From an uncultured Roseibacillus sp. (lineage in GTDB: Bacteria > Verrucomicrobiota > Verrucomicrobiia > Verrucomicrobiales > Akkermansiaceae), in the NCBI GenBank assembly GCA_964529725.1, contig CAZGXV010000001.1, positions 106,458 through 170,457 on the forward strand: a stretch of 64,000 bases of DNA, in the 5' to 3' direction. The translations under genes were made by a program, and so were the position numbers. The notes under the pieces were generated by a model. It ran no database searches, was not told where the DNA came from, and saw only the letters and a list, made by a program, of their open reading frames with translations. This document shows, in pieces, positions 1-9,898 of the stretch. Within the stretch, counting starts at the first letter, position 1; each line of letters begins with the position of its first letter.

Positions 1-1641
1 CGACCACTCCTTATCCCAATCAGGCTCACCCACTTCCAATAGCGAGGCATCTGCGGCCAATTTCTCGCCCCAGTCTTGATAGAGTTTCACCCATTCCTCG
101 CGACTCGAGAATTTGGCCTCCACAAAAGAGTTGAGGAAAGGCTGCACCTCTCGTTCACCTTGCTCCCAATTCTTCAATAATCGGGCAAATTCCGCTAAAG
201 CTGATTCTGGGTCGCGAGGACTTTCCTCTAATAATTCGAATGCGCGAATGTCATCCCACTCCGCCAACAAGGCTTCTAGATTGACCATGGTTTCTCCGCT
301 GAGACCTGCCGATTCGATTCTTGATTCGAGACCGGTGAAAATCGCCCTCGCATCACCGGAGCGACCATCGAGGAGCGCACAAAGCCCGGCCTCGAAACCA
401 GCCCAAGTCCCGGTCGGTTCCGGAACATCCTTGAGACGATGCAAACGCAGGAAATTGAGCTCAGCTTCATCCAGTCGTCCCTCGCCCAAGGCTTCCCGAG
501 CCTGTTCGTAAAGGCGGGTGATCTTCATCTCCTCAGGGGGAGCACTCGTGCGAACAAGCGCAGTCGAGCTACCCTCGTCCTTGGACTGTCCAGCTTCCTT
601 GCGACCTTGCAAAACGAAGTAACCCATCACTAACAAAACAGTAGCAACTAGAGCTGCCACCCATGCGAAATTAACATTGCCGCCGCTTTGGGATGACGAT
701 GCTCCCGCCTCCTTCCAGCTTTGTTCTTGTCCTTCCAACGCCCGTTGCAACCCGGCAGTGACCTCGTCATAACTCGCCGGACGAGCTTCCTTTTGAAAGG
801 ACATCATCTTCGAGACCAAGTCGGATGTCGATTGGCTGATATGAGCCGCTACCATTCTCAAAGCAGGAGTTTGCAGTTTAGCGTCCAGCAAGACCTTGGT
901 ATTGGTCGAAGTGGTCTCGATGGGCGCCTCTCCCGCGAGCGCGTGGTAAAGCGAGGCCCCGAGAGCGTAAATGTCGCTTCGAAAGTCTTCTACCCCTGCC
1001 TCGAGAGCTTCTGGCGGCGCATAATAAGGCGTCGCAAACACTTCCTTCGCTTGCGCCGAACCAGCCTGTGTCACTAAGGACAATCCGAAGTCCACGATTT
1101 TAGCAGTGCCATCGAGGTCTACCAAGATATTGCCGGGTTTGATATCGCGATGAATGAGTCCGGATGCCTTTGCCGCCTTCAGACCGGAGGTGACTTGGAG
1201 TGCAATCTGCAGAACTTCCTTTTCAGGCATTCCTTTCCCCGATTCCAGCCGCTTCTCCAAGCTTTCTCCCGCAATGAGTTCCATCGCAATGTAGAAACGG
1301 TCAAATGCCCTTCCCACCGAATAAACCCGCACGACATTAGGATGGCTCACAAGCGCGGTCAGTTCAGCTTCCTTCTCGAACTGAGTGGTGCGCACTTCAT
1401 CACTGGAATATTCCTCGTTAAGAACCTTTAAAGCCACTTCCCGGCCCAGAGTCTGGTCCTCGGCCACGAACAAAACGCTCATACCTCCAAAGGCGAGACG
1501 CTTTTTGAGAAAGTAATTACCGAGGTCCACCTTGACCCTTACCTCGGCTTGGCAATTAGGGCATGCGACGCGATTGAAGGGACCTGCCGTGGTAACATCC
1601 ATTTCCCCGTTGCACTCCGAGCATACTGCGATATCTGCCAT
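1..1641 (-). CDS. Membrane-anchored Ser/Thr protein kinase with N-terminal Zn-ribbon; 3' end runs off the window (partial, 547 codons)
   Basis: Hand translation from ATG at 1641 stays open to position 1. It reads MADIAVCSECNG...VACPNC (two CxxC), LAFGGMSVLF, VALKVL, HRDIKPGN, DFG, ATPYYAPPE and SDIYALG, then a hydrophobic helix (WVAALVATVLLVMGYFVL) and a helical tail. Absent from the ORF track because its stop lies outside the window. Confidence 0.93.
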   Translation of the reverse strand, partial: MADIAVCSECNGEMDVTTAGPFNRVACPNCQAEVRVKVDLGNYFLKKRLAFGGMSVLFVAEDQTLGREVALKVLNEEYSSDEVRTTQFEKEAELTALVSHPNVVRVYSVGRAFDRFYIAMELIAGESLEKRLESGKGMPEKEVLQIALQVTSGLKAAKASGLIHRDIKPGNILVDLDGTAKIVDFGLSLVTQAGSAQAKEVFATPYYAPPEALEAGVEDFRSDIYALGASLYHALAGEAPIETTSTNTKVLLDAKLQTPALRMVAAHISQSTSDLVSKMMSFQKEARPASYDEVTAGLQRALEGQEQSWKEAGASSSQSGGNVNFAWVAALVATVLLVMGYFVLQGRKEAGQSKDEGSSTALVRTSAPPEEMKITRLYEQAREALGEGRLDEAELNFLRLHRLKDVPEPTGTWAGFEAGLCALLDGRSGDARAIFTGLESRIESAGLSGETMVNLEALLAEWDDIRAFELLEESPRDPESALAEFARLLKNWEQGEREVQPFLNSFVEAKFSSREEWVKLYQDWGEKLAADASLLEVGEPDWDKEWS

Positions 1642-1701
1642 TCTTCCCGGGGCAGAATGCCTTAAAATGGCTGGACGTCAAAGAGCTAAGGACGTCCTGA
1701 G

Positions 1702-2736
1702 TCACGAGCGGGTCAACTCGCAGGCGTGGGCTGCAAAGCCAGCTCCGAAAGCCGTCAACCAAAGGTGTCGGTCGTCGTTAGGTTTCTCTCGCAGACGTTC
1801 TTCTAGTGCCATCATCACACTGGGACTGCTGCAGTTTCCGAACTGGCTCATTACCGAGCGCGTTTCTGGGAGTGCCCGGTTCACCACTGCTTCCACCACT
1901 TCAACCACCTCTCGTCCTCCCGAGTGCGAGAGCACCGCATCGGGTTCGCCGCTTCGTTGCTCCCAAAGCACTTGGACCGCCTCACCTGCCAACTGTGGCA
2001 CGGAGCGATGAAGCTGATTTTTCAAAAAGCCGCCGCTATTCACAAATCGAATCTTCTCTCGTTCGGCAGGCACATGTCTGGTCACAAATCGGCTGGCCTG
2101 CCAGTCATCTTCCCGAGCTTTCTTTGCCCCTGTCCACACGGCAGCGGCCGCGCCATCGCCAAAAAGGGCGGCGCTGATTAACACGCCCGGTTCTTCGTTC
2201 AAAAAGAAGGCTAAAGAGCAGGCCTCCACGGCCACAGTGGCCACCACCGCATCCGGATGCATGGAGAGAAATCCTTGCGCCGCCCGCCACATCGGGATGG
2301 CAGCACCGCAACCAAACCCGTTGACGTCTTGTAGGAAGGCATCACTTCGAATGCCCACTTGTTCAGCGAGATAACTCGAAAGGCCCGGGCACAAATAACC
2401 GGTGCACGAACAGACGAAGAGCGCGTCCAATTGGCGGGGCAATACGCCTGCTTTTTCAAGAGCATCGCTCAAACTCGTGCCCGCAAGCCGGGGAGCTTCG
2501 CGCTCGTAGTGTTGATTGAGTTCCTCTGCACCCATCGTTAGCAAATCCAGCGGATCTGGCAGCACGAAGGAACGGTTGGAGATGCCCGAATCGCCACAAA
2601 GGACTTTTTCTAACAACCCGCGAGAACGGTCCGGCAAGGCCTGAACAGACTCAGCCCCCTTGATACGGTTCCAGACCTCGGGCTGCTCAAAACTGTGGGG
2701 GGGCGTGGCTTTCGCCACCGATTGCAAAAACATCAT
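1702..2736 (-). CDS. Type III polyketide synthase (chalcone/stilbene synthase-like)
   Basis: CTGY..PG, catalytic Cys in GFGCGAA, FGDGAAA, His in SHSGG, Asn in GNCSS, C-terminal AFGAGF. Start overlaps the upstream stop (ATGA). Confidence 0.93.
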   Translation of the reverse strand: MMFLQSVAKATPPHSFEQPEVWNRIKGAESVQALPDRSRGLLEKVLCGDSGISNRSFVLPDPLDLLTMGAEELNQHYEREAPRLAGTSLSDALEKAGVLPRQLDALFVCSCTGYLCPGLSSYLAEQVGIRSDAFLQDVNGFGCGAAIPMWRAAQGFLSMHPDAVVATVAVEACSLAFFLNEEPGVLISAALFGDGAAAAVWTGAKKAREDDWQASRFVTRHVPAEREKIRFVNSGGFLKNQLHRSVPQLAGEAVQVLWEQRSGEPDAVLSHSGGREVVEVVEAVVNRALPETRSVMSQFGNCSSPSVMMALEERLREKPNDDRHLWLTAFGAGFAAHACELTRS

Positions 2737-3755
2737 GTGAAAAGTCGATTGAGGAGCCCAAAGGGAAGAAGACCAGGCTTGGCTAAGGCAGTAAGAAGAC
2801 CTTGCGCCGGCTGCTTGAGGATGAAGCCGTGGAAGCCCTTGGCGAGAGCAATCCTTCGCTCAAAGCGATTTCCCAGTCGGGATTGAACCTCTTTGCGCGT
2901 CGCGTCCCAACTGGTGGTGCCTGCGGCGTAACTTGTCAGCGGCTCGAGAGCACACTCCGCGGCCTCGAAAGCCATTGACATGCCGTTACCGGTAAAGGGT
3001 GGAATCATTCGTTCGGCGTCCCCGAGGGCCATCAGGCTTTCCTCTTGTTCCTGACTGCCGAAGGCGATTCCCGACACTCCGGTAACCGAGGCCTCGTCGG
3101 CCTCGACTTCCCGTAGTCGTTCGACCAAAGCCTGCAATTCGGAAGCCTCTAGATAATTGAGTAGGCGCGCGCTCCCCTTCCCTCCCAAGCCCGGTCGCAA
3201 GCGAAAGAGACCACAGACGTTCACTCTCCCATCCTCGACTGGCGTCAAACCCACGTAGCCACCGTCGCCCAAATGCATTTCCAAGCCCGAACGAGTCTCT
3301 AGTCCTAAAAAATGAGCCTTCAAACCCAACCATTCGCTCTTCTTTTGCAAGCGTCGCCCGGCGGCCCAGACCCGACCTTCCATTGGCTCGTCCGCAATGC
3401 GCTCCCGACAGAGAAGTTTGCCACCCATCTCACAAAACCGGGCACTCATGCGCTGGTCCATCTCCCAACGAGAGAGCGCGGTCACGGGCTCCTTCAGACT
3501 TGCTTCTGCAATGAGCTGGTCCTTTCTCCACCAGGTCATTTCCTGATGACGGGCGGCTCCGGCGAAGACCTCTTTCACCCCCAGTGCTGCTAAGGTCTCG
3601 TCGGAAACACCATTCACGAATTCTCCGCAAAGCCGATGACGAGGATAGCTCCCGGCTTCTCGCAAAACAACGGGCACTCCTGCACCACGCAGTCCTATTG
3701 CGAGTGAAAGCCCCGCTACTCCACCTCCCACGATCTCTATTTTGTCCTTCTTCAA
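2733..3755 (-). CDS. NAD(P)/FAD-dependent oxidoreductase (geranylgeranyl-reductase/flavoprotein monooxygenase-like)
   Basis: GGGVAG dinucleotide motif, LCGEF, GDAERMIPPFTGNGMSMA. TTG start; translationally coupled to the PKS. Confidence 0.85.
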   Translation of the reverse strand: MKKDKIEIVGGGVAGLSLAIGLRGAGVPVVLREAGSYPRHRLCGEFVNGVSDETLAALGVKEVFAGAARHQEMTWWRKDQLIAEASLKEPVTALSRWEMDQRMSARFCEMGGKLLCRERIADEPMEGRVWAAGRRLQKKSEWLGLKAHFLGLETRSGLEMHLGDGGYVGLTPVEDGRVNVCGLFRLRPGLGGKGSARLLNYLEASELQALVERLREVEADEASVTGVSGIAFGSQEQEESLMALGDAERMIPPFTGNGMSMAFEAAECALEPLTSYAAGTTSWDATRKEVQSRLGNRFERRIALAKGFHGFILKQPAQGLLTALAKPGLLPFGLLNRLFT

Positions 3756-3849
3756 ACGCTGCCGAAACCTCCGCTGAATTCAGCGCAGGTCAAACCCTTT
3801 TCCCGGTCCTTGCAGTAGGAAGGCTCAATGAGACAACCTTCGAGAGCCA

Positions 3850-5373
3850 CTACTCCCACTCGATGCTGGCAGGAGGTTTGGTCGAGACGTCGTAGAGCAC
3901 CCGGTTGACCCCCGGGACATCATTGAGAATGCGGTGGCTTGTTTCGCGAAGAATCTCGTAGGGCAACTCGACCCAATCGGCAGTCATCGCGTCCTCACTA
4001 ATCACCGCTCGCAGTCCAACCGCCCACTCGTAGCTGCGCTCATCTCCCTTGACGCCGACTGTTTTCACCGGAATCAAACACGCATAAGCCTGCCAAGTCT
4101 TCTCGTACCAGCCATGTTCATGCAGCTTCCCGATAAAGATAGCATCGGCCTCTTGAATGATGCGAATTCGGTCCCGGTCGACAATACCTGGACAGCGAAC
4201 GGCCAGACCCGGTCCCGGGAATGGGTGGCGATTGACGATATCGGGTTGGATGCCTAAAGAAATCCCTAACTCTCGAACCTCATCTTTAAAAAGCTCGGCC
4301 AAGGGTTCGAGAACCTTGCCTTGCTTCTGAAGTTCTAGAATGCGGTCCACGCGATTGTGGTGAGTCTTGATTTTGGAAGCCTTAGAGCCCTCGTTGGAGG
4401 CACTCTCGATGACATCGGGATAAAGGGTCCCCTGTGCGAGTAACTCTGCATTGCCAACCGCCTCCCAAAAGACATCGACGAACAGGTTTCCTATAATTTC
4501 GCGCTTCTTCTCAGGTTCGGCGACGCCTTCTAGCTTCCCGAGGAAAAGTTCGCTCGCATCGACGGTCTCGATAGGAACTCCCATGCGCTCGAAGTTTTTC
4601 CGCACTTCCACACCCTCATCCTTTCGCATCAGACCGTGGTCCACAAAGATGGCGCGCATGTTGATGCCTGCTTCCTTTAGCAATACTGCGAGGACCGTGC
4701 TATCCACGCCTCCGCTCACTCCACAGACAACCTGCTTGTCGCCCACTCGCTCGCGGATTTCGGCGAGAAGATCTCGCTTCATGTCTTCGATTCGAAACTC
4801 CGCTAAGCCTTTTGCAAGATGGAGAAAATTACGGAGCACGCTCGTGCCCTCGTGACTGTGGGTCACTTCGGGGTGGAATTGGATGCCGTAGAAGCGGTCT
4901 TGCCAACCCAAGCTCACCGGAGTGCCGTGTTGATTGACGGCGAGGACGGTGGTCTCCTCGGAAAGATTTTTCACAGTGTCGGAGTGACTCATCCAAATTT
5001 GCGAACGCTCCGAGAGGTTTGCAAAAAGGCCCTCGTTGACCTTCGGGATCAGCTCTGCGGGGCCATACTCTCGTTTGTCACTGGGCTCCACCGTGCCACC
5101 GAACTTCAAGTTCAGGAGCTGCATGCCGTAACACACTCCCAGAACGGGGACTTGAAAGGAATCAAGGGTGGCAAAATCGATATCCGGAGCATCGGCATCG
5201 GCGGTGCTCTTGGGTCCCCCCGATAAGATAATCGCTCCCGGTTTACCCAAGCGCGCCAAATCCTCGGGGCGGTAGAGTTTGGCAAAGTAGCCCAGTTCGC
5301 GAACGCGCCGAACAATGAGTTGCGTATATTGCGAGCCGAAATCCAGCACCGCGACGTGATTCACTTCTTCCAT
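3850..5373 (-). CDS. guaA: GMP synthase (glutamine-hydrolysing)
   Basis: LDFGSQY, GVCYGMQ, QFHPEV, SGGVDS, HPFPGPGL, C-terminal KPPASIEWE. Confidence 0.98.
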   Translation of the reverse strand: MEEVNHVAVLDFGSQYTQLIVRRVRELGYFAKLYRPEDLARLGKPGAIILSGGPKSTADADAPDIDFATLDSFQVPVLGVCYGMQLLNLKFGGTVEPSDKREYGPAELIPKVNEGLFANLSERSQIWMSHSDTVKNLSEETTVLAVNQHGTPVSLGWQDRFYGIQFHPEVTHSHEGTSVLRNFLHLAKGLAEFRIEDMKRDLLAEIRERVGDKQVVCGVSGGVDSTVLAVLLKEAGINMRAIFVDHGLMRKDEGVEVRKNFERMGVPIETVDASELFLGKLEGVAEPEKKREIIGNLFVDVFWEAVGNAELLAQGTLYPDVIESASNEGSKASKIKTHHNRVDRILELQKQGKVLEPLAELFKDEVRELGISLGIQPDIVNRHPFPGPGLAVRCPGIVDRDRIRIIQEADAIFIGKLHEHGWYEKTWQAYACLIPVKTVGVKGDERSYEWAVGLRAVISEDAMTADWVELPYEILRETSHRILNDVPGVNRVLYDVSTKPPASIEWE

Positions 5374-5379
5374 AAAATA

Positions 5380-6837
5380 CTAGCTTCCTAGTGGTTGGTA
5401 ATTGGTAGGCTCTTCCGTGATGGTGACATCATGAGCATGACTTTCGCGCAGACCACCAGCCGTAATGCGAACGAATTCCGCAAATTCGCGTAGTTCAGAC
5501 AAATCATTGGCTCCCACATATCCCATCCCCGAGCGCAGGCCACCCATGAGCTGATAGAGGACATCTGCCAATGGTCCCTTATAGGCAACCCGGCCCTCGA
5601 CACCCTCGGCAACCATCTTGCCGGAGCTGTTCTGACTGTAGCGGTCGCCCGAACCCTTCTTCATCGCACCTAGGGAGCCCATTCCGCGGTAGGTTTTGAA
5701 GCGGCGCCCTTGGTAGTGAACGGTCTTGCCGGGGCTCTCGCGGGTGCCAGCCAACAGTGAGCCCAGCATCACAAGGTCCGCTCCAGCAGCGAGTGCTTTT
5801 ACGACATCACCCGAGTAACGGATGCCGCCATCGGCAATGACGCGCACCCCGGCTTCCCGGGCAATATCGGCAACATTTCTAATGGCAGTGAATTGTGGCA
5901 TTCCCACCCCCGCAATGACACGAGTGGTGCAGATGGAACCGGGGCCTACCCCTACCTTGATGGCACTTGCGCCTGCCGAAATCAAATCCTTGGTGCCTTG
6001 CGCAGTGACCACATTACCCGCCACCACCGGGAGGTCTCCCATCGAGCGCAACTCGCCAATCACTTCCATCACTCGGTCAGTATGACCCGTAGCGGCATCG
6101 ATGAAGAGAGCGTCGGCACCAGCTTCAATCAAAGCCTGTCCCCGCTCGCGGAAGTCAGGCCCCACCCCGACTGCGGCTCCACAGCGCAAACGACCGTCCG
6201 GGTCCTTGGCCGCACTTGTATAGGTGATTCGCTTCTCGATATCAGCTCCGGTGATGAGTCCTACTAGTTTTCCAGTAGCATCCACGAGGGGGAGCTTCTC
6301 GATGCGGTTTTCGTAAAGTATTCGGCGAGCGGCTTCCATCCCGGTGTCGGGCCCACCGGTCACGAGACGGTCTCGAGGAGTCATCACCTCCGCCACTTTT
6401 TCCGTCTCGCCATCAAAGTAGCGCAAGTCGCGGCCCGTCACCATTCCCTCCAAAATCCCATCTTCGCTCACTACAGGGAACCCTGAGAAGCCACGCTCTT
6501 CCACCAAGTCGCGGACCTGACCAACAGTCATCTCCTTGGTCACGATTTCCGGTTGATGAATCACCGCATTCTCCGAGCGTTTGACTCGCGAGACCATGGC
6601 GTGCTGTTCCTCAACGGAACACGCCCGGTGAATGACCCCGATGCCGCCTTCCCGTGCCAGCGCAATGGCCAATTCGGCCTCGGAAACGGTATCCATCGCT
6701 GCCGAAACCACGGGCGAAGTCAGCTCAATATCGCTCGTTAAGGAGCTACTCAGGCTTACCAGATTAGGAAGCACACTGCTTCGCTGGGGCACCAGAAGAA
6801 TGTCGTCAAAAGAAAGGCCAAGAATGGGCTCTGCCAT
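5380..6837 (-). CDS. guaB: IMP dehydrogenase with CBS pair
   Basis: [34 protein letters not shown]. Confidence 0.98.
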   Translation of the reverse strand: MAEPILGLSFDDILLVPQRSSVLPNLVSLSSSLTSDIELTSPVVSAAMDTVSEAELAIALAREGGIGVIHRACSVEEQHAMVSRVKRSENAVIHQPEIVTKEMTVGQVRDLVEERGFSGFPVVSEDGILEGMVTGRDLRYFDGETEKVAEVMTPRDRLVTGGPDTGMEAARRILYENRIEKLPLVDATGKLVGLITGADIEKRITYTSAAKDPDGRLRCGAAVGVGPDFRERGQALIEAGADALFIDAATGHTDRVMEVIGELRSMGDLPVVAGNVVTAQGTKDLISAGASAIKVGVGPGSICTTRVIAGVGMPQFTAIRNVADIAREAGVRVIADGGIRYSGDVVKALAAGADLVMLGSLLAGTRESPGKTVHYQGRRFKTYRGMGSLGAMKKGSGDRYSQNSSGKMVAEGVEGRVAYKGPLADVLYQLMGGLRSGMGYVGANDLSELREFAEFVRITAGGLRESHAHDVTITEEPTNYQPLGS

Positions 6838-6905
6838 GGGCGAATGAATGGAAGTGCGGGCTGATGATCAAGCCCGAAGTGCAACCAAATTGGCATGAAA
6901 GCCAA

Positions 6906-7499
6906 TTAAACCATGTGCATGGGAGCGGGAACGGCCACAACCTGCATTCCAGCGAGCTGGGCAGCCATAATTCCCGGGGCGGCATCCTCAAAGGCGACGC
7001 ACTTGGTGGGGTCGATACCGATTCTCTCGGCAGCCTGCAAAAAGACCTCGGGGTCGGGCTTGCCCACCTTGACATCGTCAGCGGTTACCACTTCATCAAA
7101 GAGGTCCGACAAACCAAGTACCTGTAGGGTTTTCTCAGCGACCATGCGGGAACCTCCGGTCGCAATCGCCATTGGGACTTTGCCGCGCCAAGATTTAGCA
7201 TACTCAACGACCTCCTCGTTCAAAGTCACTTTGTCGAGGCGAGCCATGAAGGCATTCTTCTTCGCAAAGGCCACGGTGCTGGGATCGAGATTGAGACCAT
7301 ACTCCTCGTTCAGCTGAACGACGATATCTTTGGTCGGACGTCCACCCATTGCGTAGAAAACATCTTCTTTAAAGACACCAGCAGCACCGACTTGGGCCAG
7401 TGCATCGCACCAGGCTTCGAAGTGCGCGGGCATGGAATCTACCAGCGTTCCATCCAAATCAAAAACCAGTCCTTCAAAGCCGTCAGTTGGGAATTCCAT
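6906..7499 (-). CDS. HAD family phosphatase (CbbY/YqaB-like)
   Basis: FDLDGT motif I, GKPDPE, FEDA. Confidence 0.9.
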   Translation of the reverse strand: MEFPTDGFEGLVFDLDGTLVDSMPAHFEAWCDALAQVGAAGVFKEDVFYAMGGRPTKDIVVQLNEEYGLNLDPSTVAFAKKNAFMARLDKVTLNEEVVEYAKSWRGKVPMAIATGGSRMVAEKTLQVLGLSDLFDEVVTADDVKVGKPDPEVFLQAAERIGIDPTKCVAFEDAAPGIMAAQLAGMQVVAVPAPMHMV

Positions 7500-7697
7500 A
7501 GCAGTGTGTGGAAGGGCAAGTGCCCAAAAATTTTCGCTTCTGCAAGCGGATTATTGGTCTTTTCAGGGAACAATTTTGTAACGCAAAATGCTGGACGCAG
7601 GCCTTGGCTCTTGTCTGCACGATGCCAGCGGGCAGAGCGGCAACCACTTAGATAAACGAGGTATGAACTAGGTAGCAGGCGACTTTGCGAAGGTTTG

Positions 7698-8747
7698 TTA
7701 ACGGCCGAAGTCCACCTTGCGCAAGTCTCCACTAACGGTCTTGCGTTGGCCGACCCAGCGAGTGCTTCCGCCGCCCGACTTTTTCACCAAGGACCAGTAG
7801 GCAATCACCTTGCCCTCCTCGCCGGGCTCCGTCTCGCGCAAGAAGAGCTTGCCCTGCGAGTAGTTGTGCCCCTCGAGCAGGAAGTCCTCCCGCATCCCTC
7901 GCACGAAACGAGTGTCGTGCCACTCGAGACCAACCTTGAGCTCATCCGTGCCCATCAATCCTGAATAAGAAGTCCGCGCAACCTTGTAGGAGACCGGGTT
8001 GGGCTGCTTGCGACTCTTGAGCACGATGGGCGACTCCCGACGACGGTCATCGAAGAACCGTCCCCGCAGGTCTCCATCTTCATCACGCACAAAGCCACGA
8101 CCAATCCGGGTTCCTTCCTGCCACGCCTCAAAGACGACGCCACCGCGCTCCATTTTGCCTCCATAGAGAACAATCGTGTCACCCCGCTCAGCTAGAAAAA
8201 CACCGCGCCACAACTCCTCACCGCGCCATTGACCTGCTAGCAAGCCCTGAACGCCTTCGATCTCCGCTTCATAGAGAGTCACCTCATCAGCGGTTGGCGA
8301 GTCACCGACCTCAGCCTTCCAATCGCGGACCGAGCTATTCGAGCCCGAGCTGGTTTCGGCAGCGACAACATTATCCCCACGACCTCCCACGGACTCGGCT
8401 TCTAGACGGGAGAGACAGCCTTCTAGGATTCGGGTGCGGTAGCGGGTGAGCTCGCGCATCGTCTGGAAGTAAGATTGGGGATACTTTGCTTCTCCGCTGA
8501 CGCCATCAGCATCAGCCTTGGCCTGCTCTTTGACATATTTAATCCACTCATTCTGTGCCCGGCGGAACATTTTTCCGCGCTCAGACTCCTTGCCCACCAT
8601 CGTCAGGATTTCCTCAAAAGTAGCCTCCATGACCTTGCGCTCCGCCTCGGCTGATGAGGCAGCTTGCTCGTTGCTGTTCACCGTCGCCTGCGCGGAAAGA
8701 AGCCCGACTGTCAGCAACCAGCTCAAGGGGATGAGTTTCAAAACCAT
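7698..8747 (-). CDS. Secreted protein with N-terminal LprI/DUF1311-like helical domain and unknown C-terminal region
   Basis: Signal peptide (LLSAQA); FRRAQNEWIKY...ELTRYRTRIL resembles the LprI consensus. Confidence 0.6.
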   Translation of the reverse strand: MVLKLIPLSWLLTVGLLSAQATVNSNEQAASSAEAERKVMEATFEEILTMVGKESERGKMFRRAQNEWIKYVKEQAKADADGVSGEAKYPQSYFQTMRELTRYRTRILEGCLSRLEAESVGGRGDNVVAAETSSGSNSSVRDWKAEVGDSPTADEVTLYEAEIEGVQGLLAGQWRGEELWRGVFLAERGDTIVLYGGKMERGGVVFEAWQEGTRIGRGFVRDEDGDLRGRFFDDRRRESPIVLKSRKQPNPVSYKVARTSYSGLMGTDELKVGLEWHDTRFVRGMREDFLLEGHNYSQGKLFLRETEPGEEGKVIAYWSLVKKSGGGSTRWVGQRKTVSGDLRKVDFGR

Positions 8748-8810
8748 TGGGCAATCATCTTAGGGAAATCGCGTCCGTCAAGACCGTGCCCTGTCGCCGA
8801 TTCTTGCCCG

Positions 8811-9791
8811 CTAGCGAGCCTTGCGTTTCTCCTTTTGCTGCTGGATCCACTCCCGGTCTTCCGCAGACACGTTCTTTTCGTGGGTGCGGTAGCGCACACC
8901 ATTGGGGGCGACCAAGACCAAGTCACCCTCTCGATAGGAAACCAATTTTGCCAAAATCTTCTGCTTATTCTTCCCTTGCCACCTTCGATAGCCCTTCTTC
9001 AAGACACGATCCTCGAACTTTTTTTGCTTCGATTCACTAATGACCGCTGCCGTTTTGAGGAGACCCCAGACATACTCTGAGGTGCCTGTCCGGTAGCCGC
9101 GCACGTTTTGCACTACCGAGCCATCTGCCGCTACCACGATGATGGCCGGGAAGCCACCTACCTTGTAGCGCTTTTTGAGCGAGAGAAGGTAATTCTCTTT
9201 TTTTACCGCTAAAGTTTGTTTGGCGGTATCGGCCGAGCGGCGGTCCTTGACGTTGAAATCGAGCTTCAGTCGTACGAACTTCTCACCCGCCCAATCGGCG
9301 AAATCATTGCGCGCCAGCAGCTCACTCTCGAGTCGCGCGGCCGCTGGGCTGCCCCCGCTTTGTGAACTCGGGGTGTCGGTGAAAAGGATGAGGAGAGGCT
9401 TGGACTCCACTAGAGCGAGATTCTTGGCGACCGTATGGCTAGAGAGCCAATCCTTCTTCTGGACGGAAAACAGGCCCTCGATTGCGGCCTCGGAGGCTTC
9501 GGCGTCGTCGGGATTAGTGAAAATCATATCCGACTCCGAGGGCAATCCCGCGATTCCTCCCTGTTCGGTGCTCAGGCTAGCGGGGTCCACTCCGGCAGCG
9601 ACCGTTCGCTCTTCCGCTGGCTCCACCTTCACGGTTGCGTTTCCTCCTGCTCGCAGATGCGCGGGCACTTTGGGGATTTTACCAAACTTGTCCTCCTCTT
9701 CTCCCGGTTTGAGTTTGGAAACCAAGCCACCTACCCGACTGCAGCTCGACAGCATCAGTAATAATGAAAGGAAGACCAGAATTCGTGCCAT
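8811..9791 (-). CDS. Lipoprotein with thioredoxin-like fold lacking CxxC and a C-terminal SHD1 domain
   Basis: Lipobox LSSC; KPLLILFTD...FVRLKLDF...YKVGGFPAIIVV thioredoxin pattern; RRWQGKNKQKILAKLVSY...LVLVAPNG...SAEDREWI SHD1 pattern. Confidence 0.75.
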   Translation of the reverse strand: MARILVFLSLLLMLSSCSRVGGLVSKLKPGEEEDKFGKIPKVPAHLRAGGNATVKVEPAEERTVAAGVDPASLSTEQGGIAGLPSESDMIFTNPDDAEASEAAIEGLFSVQKKDWLSSHTVAKNLALVESKPLLILFTDTPSSQSGGSPAAARLESELLARNDFADWAGEKFVRLKLDFNVKDRRSADTAKQTLAVKKENYLLSLKKRYKVGGFPAIIVVAADGSVVQNVRGYRTGTSEYVWGLLKTAAVISESKQKKFEDRVLKKGYRRWQGKNKQKILAKLVSYREGDLVLVAPNGVRYRTHEKNVSAEDREWIQQQKEKRKAR

Positions 9792-9898
9792 GAGGCGGAA
9801 AGCTACTCCGCTTTGGGCCGCTTGACAATCTTGCCCGACTGCCAGTTTTTCCTGTTCGCAAGGCTTGGTTTCTCTTGCCTTCGGACGCTCTTCACGCC

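Noticed and set aside
9822-9850. Perfect TTGACA upstream of the antiporter as a promoter
   Set aside because: No acceptable -10 hexamer 16-18 nt downstream.
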